Assembly (NCBI GenBank): GCA_021797915.1
Contig: JAJZYT010000005.1
Span: 10,043-74,042 of the forward strand
Length of the DNA: 64,000 bases
Source of the DNA: Thermoplasmata archaeon
GTDB lineage: Archaea > Thermoplasmatota > Thermoplasmata > Thermoplasmatales > GCA-001856825
Reading direction: 5' to 3'
Made by a program: the position numbers and the translations under genes. Positions 1 to 10,282 of the stretch are shown one piece after another (within the stretch, counting starts at the first letter, position 1; each line of letters opens with the position of its first letter). The notes under the pieces are model-generated. The model made no database searches. It had not been told where the DNA came from and saw only the letters and a program-made list of their open reading frames with translations.

Positions 1-1
1 T

Positions 2-1081
2 ATCTTTTCTATCTCTCTCGCTGCTTACGACTTCGACAAGTACCGAAGTGAGAAGAATAAAGCCAAAGTGGACAAAATACTCATAAAAACTAAGTCCAAT
101 GAAATGGCAATAAGGGAAGCAATTGCGTTAGCAGATGCAGTGAATTTTACCAGAGACATCGCCAACCTACCTCCTTCCGTTGGAACTCCTTCCTTTTTTG
201 AGAAGACTGCACGGAAACTTGAAGGCGTAACTACCAAGTCTTTTGTAAGGGAGGACTTCATCAAGCTTGGCATGGGAGGATTGGAGGGTGTATCTAGAGC
301 TGCAAAGGAGGCAGCCAAACTACTAATCCTTGAGTATGGTCCAAAAGATAAGAAACCAACATTGATCGTGGGCAAGGGAATAACTTTCGACAGCGGTGGG
401 ATTTCAATCAAACCTTCAGAAGGAATGGACGAAATGAAATTTGACAAGTGCGGTGCTTCTGCCGTTATTGGGACAATGAAACTCATCTCCGAATTAGGAA
501 TCAAGAAACACGTCATCGGTATGACACCTCTGACGGAAAATCTCCCAGGTGGAAATGCGTACAAACCAGGCGACATACTCACCCATTACAATGGAGTGAC
601 TTCTGAAGTCTTAACGACTGATGCCGAAGGAAGATTGGTGCTTGCTGATGCTTTGAGTTATGGAACCAAGAATTTCAAACCATCGGAAGTGATAGATCTT
701 GCGACTCTCACCGGGGCTTGTGTCGTCGCACTGGGGAATAACTATGCAGGGCTCATGGGCAATAACGAACCTCTAAAGAACAGAATCAAGAAAGCATCAG
801 AGAATTCCTGGGAAAAAGTCTGGGAGTTGCCAATAGATTCTGATTTCCAGGACCAGATAAAGAGCAAGGTCGCAGACATAAAGAATACTGGCGGAAGGGA
901 GGGAGGGGCTGAGACAGCTGGTGCGTTCCTAAGCAGATTTGTGGGAGATACTCCTTGGGTACATCTGGACATAGCTGGAACTGCCTGGACACAGAAGAAC
1001 AATTCTCACAGATCCTATCTACCTGCGGGAGCGACAGGCTATGGAGTTAGATTGCTCTACGAATTCTTGAAATTGGAGTAA
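2..1081 (+). CDS. pepA: M17 leucyl aminopeptidase; the 5' end lies outside the window
   Basis: The frame is open from base 2 (..AAYDFDKYRSEKNKAKVDKIL..), so the listed GTG at 68 is internal. It carries the M17 catalytic-domain motifs GKGITFDSGG and TTDAEGRLVLADAL. Confidence 0.85.
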   Translation: MFSISLAAYDFDKYRSEKNKAKVDKILIKTKSNEMAIREAIALADAVNFTRDIANLPPSVGTPSFFEKTARKLEGVTTKSFVREDFIKLGMGGLEGVSRAAKEAAKLLILEYGPKDKKPTLIVGKGITFDSGGISIKPSEGMDEMKFDKCGASAVIGTMKLISELGIKKHVIGMTPLTENLPGGNAYKPGDILTHYNGVTSEVLTTDAEGRLVLADALSYGTKNFKPSEVIDLATLTGACVVALGNNYAGLMGNNEPLKNRIKKASENSWEKVWELPIDSDFQDQIKSKVADIKNTGGREGGAETAGAFLSRFVGDTPWVHLDIAGTAWTQKNNSHRSYLPAGATGYGVRLLYEFLKLE

Positions 1082-1286
1082 ACTACCCATAGGGACTCTC
1101 TATAATAAACCTAAATATCCTGTACGATGCAGGACAAGAAAAGAGTATGGTAGGAAATAATTTTAAACAAATTAGTACACGTCTGTTGTCAACATTGCAT
1201 TGAGCATGCTATGCGTTTCATTGCCATTTTTCGGGAACAAAAATTCTGGATACTCGATTTCTAAAAGGAGTCAAGAACAGGTTTCC

Positions 1287-2564
1287 TCAAGAACTTTGTA
1301 CCTTATGTTCCCTGACCTGGAAAGAGTATACTATTATTCCAGTAAGAATCATCAAACTGCCGAGATATAGAGCCTGGGTTCCAAGAGCAAACATTATCAC
1401 CGCTGAAAGGAAAACCGATAGTATAGGTAGATAAGGAAAGAGGGGACTGTTGAATTTACCCGGCAGGTTTCTCTTCCTGATGATAACCACGGCCACTCCT
1501 GTCAACGAATACGAAAATATCACACCGAAATTTGATGCCAGAGCGATATATTGCAGATTCCCAAGAAAGAGAGAGAGTATGGCAAGTGCTCCGATTATTA
1601 TTACAGCTCTCTTAGGTGAGTCACCTCCTTTTCCTTCTATCCATTTTGGAAAGAGACCATCCTCACTCATCTGCAGAAGTGTTCTTGAGCCTGCAACCAC
1701 CAGCGAAAGGGTTACGGTGACCGTTGCAATAAGCGCGACAACACTGACCGCCACCGATACAAAAAGTGGGGCCCCGGAGTAGCTAAGGGCACTTACAAGA
1801 GGATCCGCAGATACTCCATAGAGTCTCCAAGGCATCATCGCCAACATTCCGAGAACCACAAGAATGTAGAGAACGGTGCTAACAACGAGCGATATCATTA
1901 TTGCCTTCGGGACGTTCTTACTTCCGTTCTCCACCTCTGGTGTGAGTGTAGCAATTGTGTTGAATCCGGAATAAGCGAAGAATGCCAAAGAAGCAGCTTC
2001 CACTATACTCATCGGTCCGTGTGGAAGAATAGGAGTGAAGTGCGAGGGAGTCCATTTACCATAGAGGAAGGAAATTATTATGAACAAGACCAACCCTGCA
2101 GTAGTGACAAAGACCAGAATCTGTTCGATCTTGGCCACTAAACTTATGCCGGCGTAGTCAACTGCCATAATGGCTATCAGGAAAATTATAGAGATAGCGA
2201 GTATGAGAAACTCTGACTGTGAATGAAAGAATGACAACAAGTATGATGAAAAACCTAGCGTCACAGCAGCTCCAGCTATCGCGTACGATATTCCTCTGAG
2301 CCACCCCACGAGGAAACCTAGGGAATCGCCCATCGTAACCTTCGTGAAGGAGTAGAGCCCTCCATGCGAAATTATCTTCGAAGAGAGTTCAGCACTGTTG
2401 AACGCGACAGTCATTGCCAGGAAGGCAGTAAAGGCAAAGGCAATGATTGCTCCTGGCCCGGAATCTTTGATAACGACTCCAGCGAGTACAAATATACCAG
2501 CACCGATGATGTTACCTAGACCGATGGAAGCAGCCTGCAACATTGATATCCTGGGCTTACTCAC
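1287..2564 (-). CDS. APC-family amino acid permease
   Basis: 425 aa polytopic membrane protein with an N-terminus (SIGLGNIIGAGIFVLAG) typical of APC transporters. Confidence 0.8.
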   Translation of the reverse strand: MSKPRISMLQAASIGLGNIIGAGIFVLAGVVIKDSGPGAIIAFAFTAFLAMTVAFNSAELSSKIISHGGLYSFTKVTMGDSLGFLVGWLRGISYAIAGAAVTLGFSSYLLSFFHSQSEFLILAISIIFLIAIMAVDYAGISLVAKIEQILVFVTTAGLVLFIIISFLYGKWTPSHFTPILPHGPMSIVEAASLAFFAYSGFNTIATLTPEVENGSKNVPKAIMISLVVSTVLYILVVLGMLAMMPWRLYGVSADPLVSALSYSGAPLFVSVAVSVVALIATVTVTLSLVVAGSRTLLQMSEDGLFPKWIEGKGGDSPKRAVIIIGALAILSLFLGNLQYIALASNFGVIFSYSLTGVAVVIIRKRNLPGKFNSPLFPYLPILSVFLSAVIMFALGTQALYLGSLMILTGIIVYSFQVREHKVQSS

Positions 2565-2616
2565 ATCTCGTCATGAGATTAGCTATTAATACGTTGTTTG
2601 GGATTCTCGAACCCGT

Positions 2617-3012
2617 TCAGAAATATGCCCAAAAATTGTCCTGCCATAAATCATATTCCTCTTGCACTTCTTTGGCGTACTGTCTCCTGAATGTTTTCTT
2701 TTTCTCCTCTGCGTTATACAAGTTCAAAATTTCTTCCTTGCTGCTCCTAGAGAGTGCTTCAAATTTTTCTCTCACTTCTTTCTCCAAGATGGGGTGAAGT
2801 TTCGACATCTTCTGTCCAGTGAAACAAACCTTGTAGAATCTTTCATTCTCAAGTTTAACGTGAAATATCCTCCAATCTATTTCGATCCTGGTCAAGAACT
2901 CGTTACCCACTAGATTGGCAAGCGCTTCCGTAATCTGCTTTTCATTTTTGTCTGCTACTTTGAACGTTATCTCAAGTCCTCTTTCCACTCGACTTCCCTC
3001 GACATTTAACAT
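2617..3012 (-). CDS. Hypothetical soluble protein (131 aa)
   Basis: Clean ORF with charged, protein-like composition. I recognise no family. Confidence 0.45.
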   Translation of the reverse strand: MLNVEGSRVERGLEITFKVADKNEKQITEALANLVGNEFLTRIEIDWRIFHVKLENERFYKVCFTGQKMSKLHPILEKEVREKFEALSRSSKEEILNLYNAEEKKKTFRRQYAKEVQEEYDLWQDNFWAYF

Positions 3013-3200
3013 AATTCCATTTTTAAATCTATTCCCCTCAAGGCTACTGACTGCGAATCCTGCATGTGAAAGATTCGTGTGTTCTTACAATTCTCAGAGC
3101 TTAGTCAGTGGAAGACAACAATGACCGCCATCAGGCTTATCATCACAATTTGGAAAGGTAGTTGAAACAAAGCACCATTACTTATTCGTGAGAAAAGCTG

Positions 3201-3617
3201 TTAGAGCGTTATATCATCAGTTTTCCCAGAAGGTGCTATAAGGAGTGAGTTTGGAAACACTGTAAGGAAGCATGTAACTACAAACAGAATTCCGACTATG
3301 AAAATCCATTTGAAAAGACCGCTAGTCGGATCCTGTACATTTTTACAGATAGCGAGATAGTAGCTTACCAGAGGCGTGAGTATTGATGTAGTAGACACGA
3401 AGAAGGGCGTGACCGGAGTTATCCGGATTGCGACAGAAGCTCTGATATCTGGGCTCAGTTCTCTAAATATTAGTCGGAAGATGACTCCAAAGAATACGTC
3501 CTCTCCAGTCCTTATTGCCCCAAGCAGAATGTGTACATAATCCAGGATGAACAGATTTCAGATTACCAGAGAAGCAACAACACTAATCAGAGGGGTTAAC
3601 ACGGAGATAATTCCCAT
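3201..3617 (-). pseudogene. Interrupted or truncated membrane-transporter remnant
   Basis: One minus-strand frame reads MGIISVLTPLISVVASLVI-TGA-NLFILDYVHILLGAIRTGEDVFFGV...STTSILTPLVSYYLAICK...; the in-frame TGA is at 3558-3560. The hydrophobic frame is open for 119 codons, but the only canonical start is a late GTG at 3398. Confidence 0.3.
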
Positions 3618-3770
3618 GTGGTTACGGCTCCATGCTGCAACTTTGTTGTCATAAAGGTACACCCGTTGCAAAGTGTGCCATGAAGAGGATGAGAAATATC
3701 TAAAGGATGAACTGCATCAACGATAGTCGTAGGTTCATCATGGTTAACCTAACTATTTTTCCGACATTTT

Positions 3771-4304
3771 TCACCCTTTCCAGAGCCCTATTGCGAGGCC
3801 TATGAGGAAGAGTATAATAGATAGAGTGAGTTGAACTGCCCCGAACTTCACCGTTGAGATGTACGTGAGAAAGAGGGAAGACCATTTGTGAAACTCATAA
3901 GTGAGAGATATCTTTGGAACGAATGCTATTCCAACGTATCCTGCTATCACAATTCCCACTATCCCAAGGATCAGTGCCGTAAACCCTTTCTTCAACCCAA
4001 GACCAATGAGCAACCCCGATGCAAATGTCAGTATGATCGTGATTATCTGGTTATAGGCAACTCCGTCGATTGAGCCGGAGACAGAGACGGACTGCGAGGT
4101 ATTCAGGGAATAGAGTGAGTAAGCAGGAAGATAGGCGAGCGGAGGTTGGGAGGAGGGACTAAAAGTGTTAGTCAATGAGTGGTAAAGGAAAACAGCTGCA
4201 ATGGAGGAGACTATCGAGACTGCGACAAGAACAGCAGCAAGATCCAGGCGGGACTTCTCACCAATGGAAGAGGGAATGGTAGGAGAGGATTCAGGCGCAG
4301 TCAC
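3771..4304 (-). CDS. Membrane protein; its C-terminal module is paralogous to 30910-31206
   Basis: The C-terminal ~95 aa align with ORF 30910-31206 (FVPKISLTYE...ILFLIGLAIGLWKG versus FVPKISFSYE...ILFLIGLAIGLWKG), and the nucleotide differences are synonymous. Confidence 0.65.
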   Translation of the reverse strand: MTAPESSPTIPSSIGEKSRLDLAAVLVAVSIVSSIAAVFLYHSLTNTFSPSSQPPLAYLPAYSLYSLNTSQSVSVSGSIDGVAYNQIITIILTFASGLLIGLGLKKGFTALILGIVGIVIAGYVGIAFVPKISLTYEFHKWSSLFLTYISTVKFGAVQLTLSIILFLIGLAIGLWKG

Positions 4305-5008
4305 TGCGGTCCACCTTTCAGTTTGGTAATAGCTCTCCCGGTTCTGGTGTACATGAGGATCGCTGCTATGAAGCTGAATAGGGAGAAGAATATTCCGACG
4401 ACGTAGAGAACCGCAGGTAGGGTAAAGCCGCCATATCTGGAGTTGAGACGGAACGTTCCAATTATCAGAGCGAGTATTGTGCCAATGAACGCCATGATGG
4501 CTCCAGCTAAGATAATTATCACACCCACTATGAGCGCAGCAAGTCCTACGACAGCGGTGGCAATAATGATCAGGGAGCCAAGGACTATGATCACCAGACC
4601 CACTATATAGAGCGTTGTGCCTGTATAGGCAGAGTTGAAATCTGTGGAGATTCCCTTCAGTATGCGGTAACCGGATCTTAGGGAAAGGAACGCCACGAAG
4701 AGTATTACGGCACTCACTATCGCCACACCGAATACCGCTGCAAGAACTGGGCTACCAGATAGCAGAAAGGGTGTAGCGCTGGTAGTAGGAGTGGTGACTG
4801 AGCGTAGGCTGGACAGCAGGATAATACCGGGGATAATCGATACAGTTGCAATGAGGAATCCAACGATGGAGAGAAGAGAAAATCGTCTTATCTTGGTCAG
4901 TGCATCCACTTCTAGGGAAGAGGAAGAAGGACTCGCCTTGTCTATCATGGCATACCAATATGAAAAGAAATATAAACGTTTGGTGAGCGAGACGTATGAA
5001 TAGCTCAC
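4301..5008 (-). CDS. Polytopic membrane protein (235 aa)
   Basis: Multiple hydrophobic spans, and a 4-nt overlap with the downstream gene 3771-4304 suggests an operon. Confidence 0.6.
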   Translation of the reverse strand: MSYSYVSLTKRLYFFSYWYAMIDKASPSSSSLEVDALTKIRRFSLLSIVGFLIATVSIIPGIILLSSLRSVTTPTTSATPFLLSGSPVLAAVFGVAIVSAVILFVAFLSLRSGYRILKGISTDFNSAYTGTTLYIVGLVIIVLGSLIIIATAVVGLAALIVGVIIILAGAIMAFIGTILALIIGTFRLNSRYGGFTLPAVLYVVGIFFSLFSFIAAILMYTRTGRAITKLKGGPQ

Positions 5009-5633
5009 CTCTCAATGTAAAACTGCTTATTTCTCTCACCTCAATTCTTCATAAATATATCCAAACAAGCATAATCTCTACTTTAAGGATCAATACTTCT
5101 AACACAATAGCGAACTACAAGAACTTACTAATTCACGTTTAAAGATGGCTGACAACCAAATTCCCCTAAGAGGCGTTCTTGACTCAATATTAATAGTCTC
5201 TGATTCATAAGAAATCAAGCAGCACTTCCTAATCTGATCGATTGTTCCGTTTAATGGAACTGTAATGGATTTCTTGTTCAATACTTGTAACCCAGAGACA
5301 TACCCCCTTAAAAAGGGGAAACGAGGAACTGACGAAAAACACCCACATGGAACTGGCCCTTGGATATTGAAGTACGAGAAGTCAAAAAAAAAATGAACTG
5401 CATATGGACATGAGATACGCCTGCTATCCAAGATACACAGGTCACTATCGGATTGAAGAACCTAGTATATGTACCGATATATTAGTCAGTGTTTCTTTAT
5501 TGCATAGTCATAATTCCATATAATTGAAACATCCTTGGTAATGGAGAGAATAATCCCATTGGGTATACCAACGTTGATGTAGCTATAACTGGCCCCCTGT
5601 AATTGAAAAAGAAATAAATGAAGTAAAATACTT

Positions 5634-6923
5634 TTAGGCAAAGAGTGGCGCTTTTGATTCCTTAGCTGGTTTTGGTAGGGCAAAAACTATCAGTACAGAT
5701 AGCAAACCTAGAACTAACATTGTCTCGAAAGCTATTGGAAGGTGAGAGTATCTTCCAGTAATGTAAATTCCAATTATTAGAGGGCCTATGGCTTGTCCAG
5801 CTGTTCCACCTAAGTTCCAGACCAATCCATTGCTCACAGTAGTCGAACCTCTAGGGACATAATCAGATATCATTGACATGAATATTGGGAATCCACTGAA
5901 GTTAAAGAATCCAAACAGAACAAGAGTTATGGTTGAAAGAGGACCGGTCGTCATTAGGTAAAGAAACATGAACAAGACGGAGAATACAGTAGTAACAACC
6001 AATATCATCCTTTTATTATATCTTTCTACAAGCAGACCCATCAAAAGCTGCCCCAGGATTCCGCCCGAGAACATCAGCGTCATCATAGTACTTAGTCCTA
6101 GGGAGGTCCCCAATCCTCTTACAAAAGTGAAGTACTCGGGTATCCACGATACTATACTGAAGAATGCTAGGTTCCTGACTAGTGACATGATTGTTAGAAG
6201 TATTATTCCCATTGGAATGGTAGATTTCAGCGTCGAGGTACTACTATTTCCCTTTGAAGATGGTAGATTCCTCGCTGACAAGGTACTTCTCGCAGTCCTT
6301 TCTCTGCTAACGTATTCCCTCATGAACATGTAAATGACAACCGCCAAAATTGTTCCGACTACTCCAAAGAAGACTGCGCTTGATATATCGGACAGTAGTA
6401 GGATGCTCACAAGAATCAGGAGAGAAGGATATAATGCCCTACCAAGGCTACCGGCAGACCCGTTTATTCCCAGATATCTACCAAGCCTATTTCCCTTGTA
6501 GTAGGACTGGAGAATTGCCGTACCTGTCGGATGATAGAACGAAGCTCCGAATCCAGAAACAACAGAAGAAATTATGACAAAAAATGAGACAAACATATTT
6601 CCTAGTGCTAGTGAAAAGAGAAGTAGTCCAGAAGAGAGAATCAATATACCGATAATCATCCCCCAAGACTGTAAATGTCTGCGATCTATCGTCCTACCAA
6701 ATATATTGGCGCTAATTGCAGTGGACACGTAGAAAAGAACCAAAGATGCCGTTATAAGAGCAGGGTCAATACCGTGTGCTGCTGCGATCAAATCTATTAT
6801 CACAGGAACCAGAAAAACCATACCGTCATTAAGGAAATGACCGATCGAAGTTGCTATAAGCGGATAGCTCCTGTGTGAAGTCATGTCAGAAACTGTAAAA
6901 TCCGACCTGTTGCTGGTTGTCAC
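5634..6923 (-). CDS. MFS transporter
   Basis: 429 aa with about 12 TM segments and an MFS loop motif (FGRTIDRR). Confidence 0.85.
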   Translation of the reverse strand: MTTSNRSDFTVSDMTSHRSYPLIATSIGHFLNDGMVFLVPVIIDLIAAAHGIDPALITASLVLFYVSTAISANIFGRTIDRRHLQSWGMIIGILILSSGLLLFSLALGNMFVSFFVIISSVVSGFGASFYHPTGTAILQSYYKGNRLGRYLGINGSAGSLGRALYPSLLILVSILLLSDISSAVFFGVVGTILAVVIYMFMREYVSRERTARSTLSARNLPSSKGNSSTSTLKSTIPMGIILLTIMSLVRNLAFFSIVSWIPEYFTFVRGLGTSLGLSTMMTLMFSGGILGQLLMGLLVERYNKRMILVVTTVFSVLFMFLYLMTTGPLSTITLVLFGFFNFSGFPIFMSMISDYVPRGSTTVSNGLVWNLGGTAGQAIGPLIIGIYITGRYSHLPIAFETMLVLGLLSVLIVFALPKPAKESKAPLFA

Positions 6924-7156
6924 TATGGATTCCTTCCCGTTTCATTCTCCTGCGAAGAGACTGACGGGCTGGAAGGATCACTCTTCAGGTCAGGCTTATC
7001 GTCCTGCGCTTGATCCTGTCTTCTGAACACTAGGCAGTAGTGGTATTTATCCGGACTGAAGTAATTAATCTCAGTAAATCCAGACCCACCGAAGAGTTCC
7101 CTGATCTCGTTAAAATCTATGTTGTAATTCTTCTCTTGTCTTTCTTGACTCGACAT
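6923..7156 (-). CDS. Small acidic ORF, possibly a remnant of a methyltransferase C-terminus
   Basis: 77 aa. The segment GSGFTEINYFSPDKYHYCLVFRR resembles the C-terminal strands of class I SAM methyltransferases. It abuts the MFS gene start. Confidence 0.3.
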   Translation of the reverse strand: MSSQERQEKNYNIDFNEIRELFGGSGFTEINYFSPDKYHYCLVFRRQDQAQDDKPDLKSDPSSPSVSSQENETGRNP

Positions 7157-7230
7157 TGAATATTCTCCTCTTGTCTATAAGAACTTTAATCTCTTTCCCT
7201 ATTAATATTTCTTTGCTTACAATTTCTAAA

Positions 7231-7305
7231 CGGGCCCGCGGGGATTTGAACCCCGGATCATTGGCTTAGAAGGCCAATGCCTTATCCAGACTAGGCCACG
7301 GGCCC
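7231..7305 (-). tRNA. tRNA-Arg (anticodon TCT)
   Basis: The reverse complement folds as a cloverleaf: GGGCCCG acceptor, anticodon stem TTGGC/GCCAA with loop CTTCTAA, and T-arm CGGGG-TTCAAAT-CCCCG. No CCA is encoded. Confidence 0.9.
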
Positions 7306-7428
7306 ATGTTTGGCTCCAATGGAAATGGCTAGCGTATTATTATTTTTTTGCAGACTCTCTTGAGAGGTATTCCCTTCAATTCCTTTCTGCATCGTTTGGT
7401 TTTATAAGGTTCGTATGATTTCGTTCAG

Positions 7429-8019
7429 ATGGAATCCGAAGTCACGATAGCGGTAGCAAGGCATGGACAGACTGATGCCAATGTCAGGGGGCTGTGGGTT
7501 GGAAGCGGGGACGATCCCCTCAATGAGAAGGGAAGAGAACAAGCAAGAGAATTGGCTAAATCTTTGTCAGTTTTTCACTTTGACTTTATAATATCCAGCG
7601 ATAAGAAGAGGGCCATAGAAACTGCTGAAGTTATATCGGAAATACTCGGTGTTCCAATTTTCGGCCACAAAATGGAACTCAGGGACAGGCATTATGGTGT
7701 ACTAGAGGGCCTGACAACCGAACGGATCAAAGAAAAGTACAACGTAGATATGAAATCACTTTCGAGAGAGATTGACGACCTGGGAGAGATCGAGCCTGTA
7801 AGTTCCGTTATAAAAAGGGTGAGTGAGTTCGTAGCATCAGCCACAACTAATTTTGGAGGTAAGAAGATTGTAGTCATAACACACGGAGCATTCATCAGAT
7901 CTTTTTATGAAATGTATGTGAACGATTCCAACGGAGTGCGTTTTACCAACTGCTCGCACTTCATTGTAAAGTTCAAGAATGGGAAGTCTGAGGTCGTGCG
8001 AGATCTAACTGTCATCTGA
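7429..8019 (+). CDS. Histidine phosphatase (phosphoglycerate mutase-like) family protein
   Basis: N-terminal RHGQTDAN (RHG) motif. 196 aa. Confidence 0.8.
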   Translation: MESEVTIAVARHGQTDANVRGLWVGSGDDPLNEKGREQARELAKSLSVFHFDFIISSDKKRAIETAEVISEILGVPIFGHKMELRDRHYGVLEGLTTERIKEKYNVDMKSLSREIDDLGEIEPVSSVIKRVSEFVASATTNFGGKKIVVITHGAFIRSFYEMYVNDSNGVRFTNCSHFIVKFKNGKSEVVRDLTVI

Positions 8020-8390
8020 TCTCTAATTCCGAAACATCGGTGAATGATATATACTGAGAGTAAATTTAGAGATGGTAGTCCCAGGATGGCCATCGCCAGA
8101 AATGGTGAGGAAAGTCCTCCCTCCAGGTAGCAATCTGGATAAAACCCTGGTCGAGAGACCTGCTTCGCCTCAAAAGAAATGACACAGCTTCGGTTAAGGA
8201 TGAACCTCTCGGAGGGGACGTTCCCGAAAAATATGATGAGACAGAGGAGGAGAGATAGGAGCAAGCTCAAGCAGTTCCGAAGACAGCTATCACAGGAACA
8301 GGTAGAGCGCACGAGTCAAATGCCATCAACCCGGAAGGGGTAACAGAAGGAGGCTTACTCGGGACAACCTCTACTTTCCAGACCGGAGCT

Positions 8391-8972
8391 ATGAGTGCTA
8401 GTAGTAGCAAGTTTTATAATTGCTCATATCATAATTGGACAATGGAAGACGAAGTCTCTAACAGAATGGAAGCTCTCCTGATTGCGACTGTTACTCCTCT
8501 CGCAAAGAATGAAATCTCAACCGCACTGTCTCTGGACTTGAAAACGGTTGAGAAATCACTAAGATTGTTAAAGAAGAGATATGATAATACTTCCCTCGAA
8601 CTCAAAATCATAGGAAGGAAATACAAGATAGGGGTGCGGGACAAATATAGTGAAGTTGCTTTCAAATACTCGGAGAGTGAGATAGACAGGGGAGAACTCG
8701 AAATCATTGGTCTGCTCTTCAGGAAAGGTAGAACGTACATATCGCACGTTGAGAGACTTCGTGGGAGGAAGGCAGAAGAGGAGTTGGACCATCTCAGCAA
8801 ATTGGGATTAGTGGAGGTTGTTCCCAAAGGAAGGAGAAGATTGGTAAAACTCACGAGAACGTTCTTCTCTAAATACGGAAAGCAGCTCAAAGAGAGGATT
8901 AAGGCGGAGGGAGTCCCAATTGTACCCGAACCCCAGGAAGACCTTAATCAGGAAGATAAGGTGACAGGTTGA
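8391..8972 (+). CDS. scpB: ScpB-like segregation/condensation protein; the true start is probably internal
   Basis: Tandem winged-helix pattern: EALLIATVTPL.., LEIIGLLFRKGRTYISHVERLRG.., LSKLGLVEVVPKGRR. Confidence 0.5.
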   Translation: MSASSSKFYNCSYHNWTMEDEVSNRMEALLIATVTPLAKNEISTALSLDLKTVEKSLRLLKKRYDNTSLELKIIGRKYKIGVRDKYSEVAFKYSESEIDRGELEIIGLLFRKGRTYISHVERLRGRKAEEELDHLSKLGLVEVVPKGRRRLVKLTRTFFSKYGKQLKERIKAEGVPIVPEPQEDLNQEDKVTG

Positions 8973-10282
8973 AGGCACTCCTCATAGGGGGAGGAGGAAG
9001 GGAGCACGCAATTGGTCTTTCGATACTGAAGTCCGGAACGGAACTGGTGGTGATTTCACCAAACAGGAATCCAGGTCTTATGAGGATAGCGAAGGAAGTA
9101 ATTATTGGCAATGAAAACGACAAGGAGTTGGTTCTGGAAAATGCATTGAGAGTCGAGCCCGATTATGTTTTTATTGGCCCGGAGGCACCGCTTGCTAGTG
9201 GTGTATCAGACATCCTCTTTGAAAATAATTTAAAGGTTTTTGCACCATCATCCTCTGCTGCCAGACTTGAAACGTCCAAAGCCTTCTGCAGACGTTTCAT
9301 GACGGAAAATAGACTGGAGGGCAATATAGAGAGCACTTCGTTCTCGGACCCTGTGAAGGCGAAGGATTTCATCGAACAGATCGACTACGATTTTGTGATC
9401 AAACCTGATGGACTTACTGGGGGGAAGGGAGTCATGGTTCAAGGAGTACATTTCCTGACAAAGAAGGAAGGGATTGAGATCGCGCAAGATTACTTACTTT
9501 CTGAAAACCAGACTCTTTTGATAGAAAAGAAAGTGAAGGGAGAAGAATTTAGCCTGCAGGGATTTGTCCACGACACAGAAATCGTTTTCTTGCCCATTGT
9601 ACAAGACTACAAGAGAGCGTTCGAAGACGACAAGGGACCGAATACAGGAGGGATGGGTGCCATATGCTTTTCGGAAAGGGGACTGCCTTTTATAGATCCT
9701 AAAACAGTTCTGGAAGCTAAAGCAATTCTGAAACAACTCATAACTAGATTTTCTGAAAAGGTGGTTGACTACGTAGGTCCAATATTCGGAGGTTTCATAG
9801 CCACCGCGGAGGGACCAAAACTTCTTGAGATTAATGCAAGACTCGGTGATCCTGAGGCAATGAATGCCCTGTCTCTCACGAAGAATTCTATAATGGATAT
9901 CGCTGTTTCCATGTTACACAATAAAGTCCCTAAATTGGAATTTGAAAATAAGATAAATGTACTTAGATACCTAGTTCCTAAAGGATATGGCACTAAGTCA
10001 GTTCCATCCACAATCCAGCTCGATGAAGAAGCGCTCATGTTAAAGGGTATCAAGACATTTTATGCTTCGGTGAACCTAAAAGGAAAAATGTTGGAGCAAA
10101 CGTCATCGAGGTCGCTGGCATTGCTTTCTGAGGGAGAAGACCTCGAGGAGGTAAATGGAAGGTTTGATGACCTCTCTTCCATGATTAAAGGTGAATACTC
10201 GATGAGAAATGACATTGGAACGGAAATGATGATAGAGAAAAAGAAGAATTTTATGAACTCTCTTACTGGCGGAAGAGCCTGA
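8969..10282 (+). CDS. purD: Phosphoribosylamine-glycine ligase
   Basis: MKALLIGGGGREHAIG N-terminus, ATP-grasp core, 437 aa. Confidence 0.9.
   Translation: MKALLIGGGGREHAIGLSILKSGTELVVISPNRNPGLMRIAKEVIIGNENDKELVLENALRVEPDYVFIGPEAPLASGVSDILFENNLKVFAPSSSAARLETSKAFCRRFMTENRLEGNIESTSFSDPVKAKDFIEQIDYDFVIKPDGLTGGKGVMVQGVHFLTKKEGIEIAQDYLLSENQTLLIEKKVKGEEFSLQGFVHDTEIVFLPIVQDYKRAFEDDKGPNTGGMGAICFSERGLPFIDPKTVLEAKAILKQLITRFSEKVVDYVGPIFGGFIATAEGPKLLEINARLGDPEAMNALSLTKNSIMDIAVSMLHNKVPKLEFENKINVLRYLVPKGYGTKSVPSTIQLDEEALMLKGIKTFYASVNLKGKMLEQTSSRSLALLSEGEDLEEVNGRFDDLSSMIKGEYSMRNDIGTEMMIEKKKNFMNSLTGGRA

Noticed and set aside
25-582. Many long antisense or shadow ORFs inside well-supported genes (for example 25-582, 34508-35065, 44350-44970, 51143-52143, 53022-53420 and 21334-21792).
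   Set aside because: Each lies opposite, or out of frame with, a gene that has clear family motifs. Their translations are low-complexity (Ser/Pro/Leu-rich) with no motifs.
5009-5633. A 625-bp gap with short ORFs (5099-5431, 5486-5683), an A10 run (~5387-5396) and a small CCCCTT/AAGGGG hairpin (~5314-5328).
   Set aside because: There is no coding signal, tRNA-like fold or repeat structure that I could support. It is probably the promoter/terminator region between the membrane-protein operon and the MFS gene.
7905-8312. A 135-aa minus-strand ORF, and several plus-strand mini-ORFs (36 aa and 55 aa, basic), in the 8020-8390 gap.
   Set aside because: The composition is low-complexity Leu/Ser/Cys. 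The ORF overlaps the 3' end of the phosphatase gene, with no SD element and no recognisable family. It is treated as intergenic sequence.
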